Virus record (IMG/VR): IMGVR_UViG_3300025732_000087
Location: 1-42,021 of that record
Reading direction: 5' to 3' (one strand)
DNA length: 42,021 nucleotides
DNA from: a virus
Taxonomy: Duplodnaviria; Caudoviricetes
This document shows positions 24,805-33,012 of the stretch, piece by piece (position 1 is the first letter of the stretch; each line of letters opens with the position of its first letter). The position numbers and the translations under genes were made by a program. The notes under the pieces are model-generated. The model saw nothing but the letters and a program-made list of their open reading frames with translations, made no database searches and had not been told where the DNA came from.

Positions 24805-25086
24805 ATGTACAGGGGAGAATATACAAAAACAACATCTATTGGATTGACTAAAAAATATCAATCTAATGATGTTGTTTTATTTGAAGGTAACTTGTATAAA
24901 GCAAAGAGAAACGTTGAACTTTCTCCATTTCAAGAAGCAATTGCCTGGGAATTTATTGGAACTAGTAGAGTATTTTCCGGTTCAGAACCACCAATCAATC
25001 CAATCGAAGGTCAGCAATGGGAGAGAAATGGTGTAGTGTATACCTATTACTTCGATGGCGATAATTATGCTTGGGTTGAGTTTTAA
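24805..25086 (+). CDS. Small late protein, carbohydrate-binding-module-like / fibre-associated
   Basis: YQSNDVVLFEGNLYKA..P..WE; PPINPIEGQQW; TATAAATA at 24789. Confidence 0.65.
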   Translation: MYRGEYTKTTSIGLTKKYQSNDVVLFEGNLYKAKRNVELSPFQEAIAWEFIGTSRVFSGSEPPINPIEGQQWERNGVVYTYYFDGDNYAWVEF

Positions 25087-26409
25087 TTAGACTGTTATTC
25101 TTAATTTTAGAACAATGTCTTTTTCAAACTTTACGTAAAAAGATGATGGTGCATCTGGGTTGCTTACAAATATAAATGAAGCTCCATCAAACCCGGGAAC
25201 ACCATTCAAATAGTAATAATTATTAAGTGGGATGGAACAAGCCTCATCGTAGTAAGGTAATATTTTCCACCCAACCAAAGAAGAATCCGATAGATCTAAC
25301 TTTACATTTGGTATGGATGTACCAGAACCGGATTGATATATTTTGCTTGATGTTGCAATATTGTCAACAGTTAAAACAGTAATGGTACTTACGACAGGCT
25401 GTGCGCTGGTTGATATATTAGAAAAAGAAGTCTCGGTTATTACACCAATTTTTACATAAGAATAATATTCAACACTCATTGACAATTTATCGTATACATA
25501 TGGATTTAATACATTTTTAAAGTTATCTGTTTCACTTACTGCATACCAATCATAATAATTTGCTTTGTCAGATTCTGCTCTTGAAAATCTTTGATATAAA
25601 TTTTGATGTGTTAATATATCTAATGTTTTTTGATTTGAATCTATCTTTTTTATGATTCCATTTTGATATTTACTTTGTGACAAGGTATTCAAATCTGGAA
25701 CGCCACGCATCAAAAGATTAATAGTCTTTTGCTCAAAATACATCTCTTCACTTGTTGCGCTAGTTGATGCATGTAAAACAGCTATTTCGCTATTATCATT
25801 TAAAGTAATGTAATCTGTGATCAAATACCGATTATTGTTGGCTTTTGTATTTAAAACTTCAAGATATTCTTCAGATCCTAAATTATTTCCGTAGATTCCA
25901 AAAAATGACAAATTGTATGGATTTTCCGTATTTAACCTAGACATAAAATATTGAGCAGTAACATTTTTTGCCGTAGAAAAATTTAAAACATTTTTAAAAT
26001 TATAATTTTTGTAAGTTCCGTCCACAAGATTTGCTGAATAAGAAACGCCAGTAAAGTACAAAAAATTATTATAAATTCCTGTATTCCCTGCGAGTTTATA
26101 AATTCCCTCAAAATTATATTTTGATTGTGTTTCCTCATCATAATAAAGACTGCTAGAAACCGAAAATGTATTCCCGGTTCCTAGGTTTGAAAAGAATCGT
26201 TTTAAAAGTTTTAAATCGGAGGAATTAGAGGTTTGTGAGTAATCTAAAAAAAAAGTAACTCCAGTTTTGTGAATATTTGGAGCACTTTTTAGAAGCCCTT
26301 TAGTCATTGTTGGATCACTTGTGCTACCAACAAATTCTGTCATAAAAAGTTGTGTTGTTTTTACGACGGTAAGCGCATCTTTGCTTATTTTTGTTCTTTC
26401 GAAACTCAT
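25087..26409 (-). CDS. Hypothetical, probable virion structural protein
   Basis: 440-aa ORF rich in N/S/T/Y, downstream of a late-promoter gene. Confidence 0.75.
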   Translation of the reverse strand: MSFERTKISKDALTVVKTTQLFMTEFVGSTSDPTMTKGLLKSAPNIHKTGVTFFLDYSQTSNSSDLKLLKRFFSNLGTGNTFSVSSSLYYDEETQSKYNFEGIYKLAGNTGIYNNFLYFTGVSYSANLVDGTYKNYNFKNVLNFSTAKNVTAQYFMSRLNTENPYNLSFFGIYGNNLGSEEYLEVLNTKANNNRYLITDYITLNDNSEIAVLHASTSATSEEMYFEQKTINLLMRGVPDLNTLSQSKYQNGIIKKIDSNQKTLDILTHQNLYQRFSRAESDKANYYDWYAVSETDNFKNVLNPYVYDKLSMSVEYYSYVKIGVITETSFSNISTSAQPVVSTITVLTVDNIATSSKIYQSGSGTSIPNVKLDLSDSSLVGWKILPYYDEACSIPLNNYYYLNGVPGFDGASFIFVSNPDAPSSFYVKFEKDIVLKLRITV

Positions 26410-26415
26410 TTTCTA

Positions 26416-27330
26416 TTAAGAAGCAAAATAACTAATGATTTGCCCACCTTTTGATGATGCGTAAACAGTATTCAAATTTCCTACATCTAGGAATAGTTGC
26501 TCGCCTGGATCTAATTCATAACCACTAAGCGAAGCAGTTGTACTTGTTCCGATATAAATGATATCTGTATTTGTAGAAGAGGACTTTAAGTTTACTCCCG
26601 CAGCACATGTAAATCCGGAGGCAATCATTGTAATTGAAGACGGCACCGATCTTACCCCAGCGGTTCCACCGGATGGGCGTACTAGACCAAATGCGGCCAA
26701 AGCGGTATACACATCAGAGACCTTGCTATAGATCGCTGTCATGCCATTTAAAAGCGCGGTATCATTGATCGCTGCGGTTCCAGATACACTAACTGGGATT
26801 GGGGTAGCATAAGTCAATCCAGAAACTCTTAATGTAGCTGTTGCCCCAGTATTTTGTACGGCAATTGTTGGATCTACAGTTACATTTAATACTGCATCTT
26901 GGAGCGATACCCTTAAGGCATCTCCAGAGACACCAATAGCAGTGTTTCCTACGGTTACTAGGGCAGATCGAATAAAAGTTGATCCACCAGCACCATATAT
27001 GGTTATGCTGTCGCGATTAAAGGTTCTTGGGATACCACCAGTTATTGAAACCATTCCGGTCACACCAGAAACAGCAACTGTTCCCTGTACAAATACTGCA
27101 TCTCCTGCACTATTGCCAACAACAATTACAGGATTAGTAAAATTAACAATATTTGCAGTTACTCCGGTTGATAGGCTAACAGGCAATGGGGCAGATGGTG
27201 TTACTAAACTCGCACTGCTTGTATTCCCGTATGCAAGTTTAAAAATTTGAAAATGACTTCCTGCAATTTCATTTGTTGAAATTGAAGCAGTTGCGCCCGA
27301 TGAAACATTAATTACAAGATTGTCTGCCAT
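26416..27330 (-). CDS. Probable virion fibre/structural protein (beta-rich)
   Basis: Small-residue-rich; HFQIFKLAYG..PLPV; C-terminal NTDIIYIG..GYELDPGEQLFLDV; CTAAATA 27350-27356 (minus). Confidence 0.75.
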   Translation of the reverse strand: MADNLVINVSSGATASISTNEIAGSHFQIFKLAYGNTSSASLVTPSAPLPVSLSTGVTANIVNFTNPVIVVGNSAGDAVFVQGTVAVSGVTGMVSITGGIPRTFNRDSITIYGAGGSTFIRSALVTVGNTAIGVSGDALRVSLQDAVLNVTVDPTIAVQNTGATATLRVSGLTYATPIPVSVSGTAAINDTALLNGMTAIYSKVSDVYTALAAFGLVRPSGGTAGVRSVPSSITMIASGFTCAAGVNLKSSSTNTDIIYIGTSTTASLSGYELDPGEQLFLDVGNLNTVYASSKGGQIISYFAS

Positions 27331-27369
27331 TTATGCTCCGAATCAAAGATATTTAGACGTAGCTAACTA

Positions 27370-27398
27370 TTGATAATTTTTTAAAAATATAGTATAAT
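27370..27398 (+). promoter_or_regulatory. sigma70-type promoter TTGATA-17-TATAAT
   Basis: 6 nt before ATG 27405. Confidence 0.7.
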
Positions 27399-27404
27399 AG
27401 AGTT

Positions 27405-27641
27405 ATGTATCTAGACGACAAAGCAAAATTAACTTTTTCAAATAAAATTTTAGAAAGAGTTCAAAAAACAAAATTATCGTATATGGATTGTATATTAGAA
27501 CTTTCTGAAGAAATGGGTATAGAACCCAATGCTGCAGGAAAACTTTTAACTAAGCCAATAATTGAAAAAATTCAAGAAGAAGCAAGAGACAAACATTTGC
27601 TCAAAAAAACAAAAGGCAAAAAACTACCATTAGACGATTGA
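27405..27641 (+). CDS. gp33: Late-transcription co-activator, gp33-like
   Basis: FS..I..LSYMDCI..GIEP..KLL..IIEKIQEEA..LLK; adjacent to gp32. Confidence 0.8.
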   Translation: MYLDDKAKLTFSNKILERVQKTKLSYMDCILELSEEMGIEPNAAGKLLTKPIIEKIQEEARDKHLLKKTKGKKLPLDD

Positions 27642-27732
27642 CGGAGACCACATAAATATGGTAAAATGAGGACTCAGGACGACTCCTGAGAATTAATAGG
27701 TCTGGGTAGTCCCCAGAGAAAGAAAGGTTATT

Positions 27733-28596
27733 ATGAGTTCATTTTCAGATTTTAAGAAGCGTAGCAAGAATTCCGTAGAAGATCTCAGCAAAAAGCTTGA
27801 GAGTCTAAACAGCAAAGAATCTTATAAGGATGATCGATTTTGGAAGCCAGGACTGGATTCTTCCAAAAATGGTTATGCCGTAATTAGATTCCTACCTCCG
27901 GTTGAGGGCGAGGACGTTCCATTCATTAAACTTTACAGTCATGCTTTTCAGGGAAAGGGTGGATGGTTTATTGAAAATTGCCGTACCACTTTAGGTGAGA
28001 AATGCCCAATCTGCGAGGCCAATACCGAACTTTGGAATAGTGGTCTTGAAGAGGATAAGGACATTGCCCGTAAGCGTAAGCGTAAGCTAAATTACATCAG
28101 CAATATTTTGGTAGTTAGTGATCCTTCAAATTCAGAAAATGAGGGAAAAGTATTTCTCTTTAAGTACGGAACCAAGATCTTTGAAAAGGTACAGGCTCTT
28201 ATGAGTCCTGAGTTCAAGGATGAAACCCCCGTAGATCCTTTCAACTTCTGGGAAGGTGCTGATTTTAAACTAAAGATCAGAAATGTTGGCGGTTATGTAA
28301 ATTACGATAGAAGCGAGTTTGCAGCTCCTGCTCCCTTGATGGGAGGAGATGATAAGAAGCTTGAGGCAATTTGGAAGAAGCAATATGCTCTAAAGGAGTT
28401 TATTACCACGACCAATTTCAAATCTTATGAAGAGCTCAAGGATCGTTTCAAGAAGACCGTTGGCGAAGACATTCGCGAGCAGTTTGATGAAACTTCTGAA
28501 CGCACTGTGGAGGATGATTCTACAGTCGAACAGGTTCCCTCAGAAGATATGGATACTTTGGATTATTTTAAGTCGCTTAAAAATAAGCAAGATTAA
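27733..28596 (+). CDS. gp32: Single-stranded DNA-binding protein
   Basis: DDRFWKP..NGYAVIRFLP, HAFQ..WFIENC..CPICE, FNFWEGADFKLKIR, NYDRSEF; acidic tail. Confidence 0.96.
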   Translation: MSSFSDFKKRSKNSVEDLSKKLESLNSKESYKDDRFWKPGLDSSKNGYAVIRFLPPVEGEDVPFIKLYSHAFQGKGGWFIENCRTTLGEKCPICEANTELWNSGLEEDKDIARKRKRKLNYISNILVVSDPSNSENEGKVFLFKYGTKIFEKVQALMSPEFKDETPVDPFNFWEGADFKLKIRNVGGYVNYDRSEFAAPAPLMGGDDKKLEAIWKKQYALKEFITTTNFKSYEELKDRFKKTVGEDIREQFDETSERTVEDDSTVEQVPSEDMDTLDYFKSLKNKQD

Positions 28597-28624
28597 AAGG
28601 AGCCCCCGAAAGGGGGCTTTTTTT
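28597..28624 (+). terminator. Intrinsic, likely bidirectional, terminator
   Basis: AGCCCCC-GAAA-GGGGGCT-TTTTTT between convergent genes. Confidence 0.85.
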
Positions 28625-29378
28625 ATCTACCCCGCCAATGCGGTATACTGCTAATTTGATTTACGGTAAGATTAAATAAAGATTGATTTTCGGGAACTGT
28701 ATAATGTTGATCATCATAATCGGGTTTATTTGAGTTTTCTCTTTGATAATCTAAAACTTTTTGAACACTCTCAAAACCAGCTTTTATCGATAAAAAATTT
28801 CTAGCAGCGGCTTCCTTTTCACTGTTTTCTTGATTTTTTTGTGCAACTTTTTCTTCTAAATCTTTTAATGTTTGTTGTTCTTTTGTAAGCTTTTGTGCAA
28901 TAGAGTTCATGGATTTTGCTGATTTAAATTTTTGTGTTATATTAATATCTTCTTCCGTTTCGATATTGTCAAAATTAAATTCAGTAGGCGATTGTGTTTG
29001 GCCGCTATCAAGAGGTCTTTCTAAAAAATATGGTGTTTTTTGATTTTTGTCGTACTCTTCATTCGATTGAAGAAGTGGAGGTGCCGATGGAATTCCTTGA
29101 ACTATATTATTTTTATCATATTCTTCGTTAGATTGCAACAATATAGGAGCAGAGGAAGTTACAGAATTATTATTTGTATCTTCAGTTTTATTTGGTTTTT
29201 CTTGTTGAGGTTTTGCATTAGATACCGGAGTTGCTTGCGGAGTCTGTATTGAAACACTATTTTCCTGAGCAGTAGACTCTTCTTTTTCTGGCAAAGAAAT
29301 CAAATAAGGAACTGCATTTACCGCATTGGACTCAAAATTAGATTCAATTCCTAGTAATGAATTTTTATTTTCTTCCAT
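28623..29378 (-). CDS. Low-complexity acidic protein downstream of gp51
   Basis: 251 aa; duplicated LLQSNEEYDKN; coiled-coil C-half. Confidence 0.7.
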   Translation of the reverse strand: MEENKNSLLGIESNFESNAVNAVPYLISLPEKEESTAQENSVSIQTPQATPVSNAKPQQEKPNKTEDTNNNSVTSSAPILLQSNEEYDKNNIVQGIPSAPPLLQSNEEYDKNQKTPYFLERPLDSGQTQSPTEFNFDNIETEEDINITQKFKSAKSMNSIAQKLTKEQQTLKDLEEKVAQKNQENSEKEAAARNFLSIKAGFESVQKVLDYQRENSNKPDYDDQHYTVPENQSLFNLTVNQISSIPHWRGR

Positions 29379-29379
29379 A

Positions 29380-29571
29380 TTATCCCATTGACTTTCTTAT
29401 TAACTCTTGTTCTTTTCTTTGTGATTCACTTTCAAGCTTATCCTTTAAGAGTGTTAAGTATATGTCATATTCCCAAGGATATAATTCTTCTATTTCTGTT
29501 AAAGATAATTGTTTATGCGTTGTTAAAAAGAATATAGTTTTATAGTAACCAGCTAAATCAAAATAATTCAC
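29380..29571 (-). CDS. gp51: Baseplate hub assembly catalyst, gp51-like
   Basis: L..YYKT.F.L..H..SLTEIEEL.PWE.DIY..LL. Confidence 0.8.
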   Translation of the reverse strand: MNYFDLAGYYKTIFFLTTHKQLSLTEIEELYPWEYDIYLTLLKDKLESESQRKEQELIRKSMG

Positions 29572-29573
29572 AC

Positions 29574-30245
29574 TTAGGTAAAAAAACGAAGAAGACCCTC
29601 CAATTTAATTTTTTCTTCTCCAGTATCTAAAATATAAAATAATTTTGGAGATTCTTTGATAAAGTTTAATATTTTTTTATTATCTTTGGTGCAAAGTTCT
29701 TCAATAATTTTAGTCAATTCTTCATTTTTTAATAAAGTTAAATCATATCTAAATTTATTAATTGATAACGATTTAATTACTTTTTTTACAAAAATATTGT
29801 CATCTATTTTTTCAATATCAAAATAATCTTTTACTTTTGGTTGCTGTACTTCTAATATAGCTCCTGAATATGTAATAATTGTATCATTTAATTTTCCATC
29901 TTTGAATTGAATTTCATTCACATTTAAAGTCCCATATACGGGAGGAGTTTTATCTATTTTTAGTTTTATTTCTTCCTCTACACTTTTGGATCTTATTTGT
30001 AAAAATAAAAATTCTAAATCTGGAAGATATAAATCTTCAATATTTGTTAAATTTGAACAATTTTTCAATAAAATACAAAGATTTTTTAATATAATTCCAA
30101 TATTTTTTTCTTGAGCAATTATAGAAATTATTTTTTGGTCTTTTATTTTAAATGGATAATATTCCACTTCTTTTTTTGAAAGTGGAAGAGTCGCTTTATA
30201 AGTTGGTTGTATTTGTTTTATTTGTTTTAATATATCATCTAACAT
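29574..30245 (-). CDS. gp26: Baseplate hub subunit, gp26-like
   Basis: PTY..LP.S..V.Y.PF..K; DLEFLFLQIRSKSV.E; EGL..FF. Confidence 0.85.
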   Translation of the reverse strand: MLDDILKQIKQIQPTYKATLPLSKKEVEYYPFKIKDQKIISIIAQEKNIGIILKNLCILLKNCSNLTNIEDLYLPDLEFLFLQIRSKSVEEEIKLKIDKTPPVYGTLNVNEIQFKDGKLNDTIITYSGAILEVQQPKVKDYFDIEKIDDNIFVKKVIKSLSINKFRYDLTLLKNEELTKIIEELCTKDNKKILNFIKESPKLFYILDTGEEKIKLEGLLRFFT

Positions 30246-30257
30246 AAATTAAATTTT

Positions 30258-30845
30258 TTAACCTACACTATTTGTAAAAGTATATTCTCTAAATGCAAAT
30301 CTAACAATCATTGTAGCATAATCATTTCTTGTTTTTGCACTAAATCTTATTGGTGCAATTTCTACAGGAAATGCTTCTATAAACTGATATCTTCCTTTTG
30401 CTTTGCCAGTTATATCCAATAAATCCACAGTTACCTTACTTAATGCACTTTGTATAGTATTTTCATAATAATTAGTAACCCATACTGAAGGATTTCCCTG
30501 ATTTTGGTAATATAAGGTCTTCATCCATGCATTCATTGAATTTAAAAAAATCAAATCTCCAAATATTGGGAATGTAATATATACGCCCCCTTTATAGGAA
30601 AGCCCCTTTGGAACCGTTCTTCCCGCCCCGGGACCGGCAAGACCATCTGCTTGTGTTGTCAAGGATATATTCGGAAGAAGTACTTCTTCGGCATAGTATC
30701 CTTTTCTTGAGCCATCTTCAGCAACTTCATTCCCATCTACAAATAACTCAGAATCTATTGTTACTAAAAATCTATTGCTTCTTTGTAGTCCTTCAGCTTC
30801 GGTTATTTTTTGCTTTAAAGCAGCAATCGACATATCAATTGCCAT
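30258..30845 (-). CDS. Tail-tube initiator, gp54-like (gp19 fold)
   Basis: GLQRSNRFLV..LP..; EAFPV.I; V.FAFREY; located between gp4 and gp26. Confidence 0.7.
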   Translation of the reverse strand: MAIDMSIAALKQKITEAEGLQRSNRFLVTIDSELFVDGNEVAEDGSRKGYYAEEVLLPNISLTTQADGLAGPGAGRTVPKGLSYKGGVYITFPIFGDLIFLNSMNAWMKTLYYQNQGNPSVWVTNYYENTIQSALSKVTVDLLDITGKAKGRYQFIEAFPVEIAPIRFSAKTRNDYATMIVRFAFREYTFTNSVG

Positions 30846-31254
30846 AGAATATTTCCTTTTCTGTTAATATTTTAAATTCTATATTGTGTTTTTGGCAAAA
30901 ATTTTTAGCAGCATGCCATTTTGCTTTATTAATTTCAAATATTAGTTTTTCTTTTTTTGAAGCAGTTTCTCTTAATAATACTTGTTTTTGTGGTTTTACT
31001 TCTACCAATAAACTTTTTTGTTCAGTTTTTTGTTTAATTTGAATTAAAAAATCTGGAATATATCTGTGTACCTTTTTATCTATTGGGTTTACATAAGGTA
31101 TTTCTATTTCTTCAAATGACCATTTTATTACACTTGGTGATTCATCTAAAAACTTACAAACTCGCCGTTCCCACAAGGAACGACAGGTCAATTCTTTCTT
31201 TGTTCCTATATACTTTGTAGGATTTTTTGGTGTAAATTTGGTTTTATAAGCCAT
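30835..31254 (-). CDS. gp4: Head completion protein (TnsA-like nuclease fold)
   Basis: F.PKNP.KY.G..RSLWER..W..EE..IPY..HRY.PDF..EVKP..N.AKW.AA..F.ILTE. Confidence 0.92.
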   Translation of the reverse strand: MAYKTKFTPKNPTKYIGTKKELTCRSLWERRVCKFLDESPSVIKWSFEEIEIPYVNPIDKKVHRYIPDFLIQIKQKTEQKSLLVEVKPQKQVLLRETASKKEKLIFEINKAKWHAAKNFCQKHNIEFKILTEKEIFYGN

Positions 31255-31265
31255 TTTTCTAAAAT

Positions 31266-31291
31266 TATTTAGCAGAAAACTTACCTAAATA
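31266..31291. promoter_or_regulatory. Divergent late promoters (CTAAATA on both strands)
   Basis: tatttag 31266-31272 and ctaaata 31285-31291. Confidence 0.7.
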
Positions 31292-31300
31292 AATTTATAA

Positions 31301-32101
31301 ATGGCAATTAACTTACAATATCCCAATTTAGATCCATACGCAAATGAAGTACCGTTCTTTTGCGTTTTTAGTTGTGCTCCTTATTCTGTTATTAATACTA
31401 ATAGAACAAGAGAAGGTATTATTGCAAATTCAATAGCTAACATTGCTTTACCGTTTACAAGTGAACCAAAAATGTCTTTGCAACACAAATTTTCAGAAGG
31501 TACTAATCCAGTAGGTCCTGTATTAAGCATGGCTGGGTTGAGAAATACTAGTGGTGGCGAAGAATTACTTTTAGATAGAATTGCTGCCCCCGCAGCGGCT
31601 TTTTATGAAACTTCTTTTACTACTGATACATATAAAAGATTTAGTAACGTAACTGAAGCCACCATGACAAGTGAAGCTAGAAGAAATTTTGTATTCAAAT
31701 ATCTTTTTGTTCCAAAAAGTGATTCTGAAGCTCAGGTTGTCGATAATATCGTAACACTTTTTAGAAATCTTTCATATCCAACCGTAGTGGCAAATTTACC
31801 GGAGAGGTCTTTGCCACAAAATCTATGGACAATTACAGCAGTATCAAGTGCCAGTGGGACAGAATATTTAAACTCAAGTTGGCTTGGCGATCCTCTTCCT
31901 TGTGTATTAACTTCAATGGAAGTAGATAAAGGAGATCCAAGTGATCCTGTATTAAAGGTGTTGCCAAACACAAGAGCGGCTACTACATTAATGACGATAT
32001 CATTTGCAGAATTTGAAACTGGAACATATGCTCCAAATTTTAATGGTGGAACTTTGCTTTCAAAATCTGAAGTATCGGCCCAGGGAGACTCAGTAGGATG
32101 A
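31301..32101 (+). CDS. gp48: Baseplate tail-tube cap, gp48-like
   Basis: RNFVFKYLFVPKS..EA..V..IV..FR..YP; PCVLTSMEV; ISFAEFE. Confidence 0.75.
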   Translation: MAINLQYPNLDPYANEVPFFCVFSCAPYSVINTNRTREGIIANSIANIALPFTSEPKMSLQHKFSEGTNPVGPVLSMAGLRNTSGGEELLLDRIAAPAAAFYETSFTTDTYKRFSNVTEATMTSEARRNFVFKYLFVPKSDSEAQVVDNIVTLFRNLSYPTVVANLPERSLPQNLWTITAVSSASGTEYLNSSWLGDPLPCVLTSMEVDKGDPSDPVLKVLPNTRAATTLMTISFAEFETGTYAPNFNGGTLLSKSEVSAQGDSVG

Positions 32102-33009
32102 AATATTTTAGCAACTTTCCCACAATAAAAAATATAATAAATGGGTATGAATATAATATGGTAGATATTACATATGCTCCACAAAATGATTCTGAGTATT
32201 ATGAAACCTTTGAATCAACGTTTGGGACAATAAGTAATGATATTGGATTGTTATCTTTAAGAATTTATGAAGATCCCAATAACTTTTGGGCATTGTTATT
32301 TGCAAATGATGAAATTAATCCTTGGAATTTTTTGATAGAACTTCCAATGGAATATTTAAATAGAAATAAAAACTTTTATGGATTTTTTGCAAAATATTCA
32401 TCTAGCAATAAATTAAATCCAGATGCACATCTTATATTTAAAGAAGATGATATAATTGTTCGCGGTGAATACAATAATCCAGGCTTTACATCAGCATCTT
32501 CAGTTTTTACAGATTATGATTTATTGGATGATAATAATTACAATCTTGATACTTGGGTTGTTTTGAATGCTTATAGTGATACTAAAAAAGCAAAAGTAAC
32601 TACAAATTTAAATGCAGGAAATACTGGAACTAAAATAATAGGAGAAGGTGAGAGTGTTTTGGTATTAAGAAAAGGAAATACCGGATATTACATTGTAGAT
32701 AATCCATTCAATGCATCTTCGAAAACAATAACAACATTAAAAAATTATGATTATATTAATTCTCCGGCATTTTTTAGTGAAATAGGAAACGGAGATATTA
32801 CCTTATCTCCATCTGTTTTTATTTCTAATACAGATACTTTAATAACAGTAATGACTAATAATGCTCCGGATTCTCCCGGAATAGATGCATATGAAAATTA
32901 TTCAATAACAACAACAAAAACTTTTAATGAATATGAGTATTTTAAAAATAATAAATTTGTTTATTTTAAAAGTCCAACTATTCCTAAAATTTTAAATAAA
33001 TTAATATAA
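32098..33009 (+). CDS. gp53: Baseplate wedge protein, gp53-like
   Basis: MKYFSNFP; IYEDPNNFWALLFAN..INP; follows gp48. Confidence 0.8.
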   Translation: MKYFSNFPTIKNIINGYEYNMVDITYAPQNDSEYYETFESTFGTISNDIGLLSLRIYEDPNNFWALLFANDEINPWNFLIELPMEYLNRNKNFYGFFAKYSSSNKLNPDAHLIFKEDDIIVRGEYNNPGFTSASSVFTDYDLLDDNNYNLDTWVVLNAYSDTKKAKVTTNLNAGNTGTKIIGEGESVLVLRKGNTGYYIVDNPFNASSKTITTLKNYDYINSPAFFSEIGNGDITLSPSVFISNTDTLITVMTNNAPDSPGIDAYENYSITTTKTFNEYEYFKNNKFVYFKSPTIPKILNKLI

Positions 33010-33012
33010 CAT

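Noticed and set aside
29040-29145. Duplicated LLQSNEEYDKN as a DGR template/variable repeat pair
   Set aside because: Short in-frame duplication with mainly synonymous differences, not adenine-specific; no reverse transcriptase seen.
30835-31254. Tn7 TnsA transposase / mobile element
   Set aside because: Motifs and position match T4 gp4 head-completion protein, which shares the fold.
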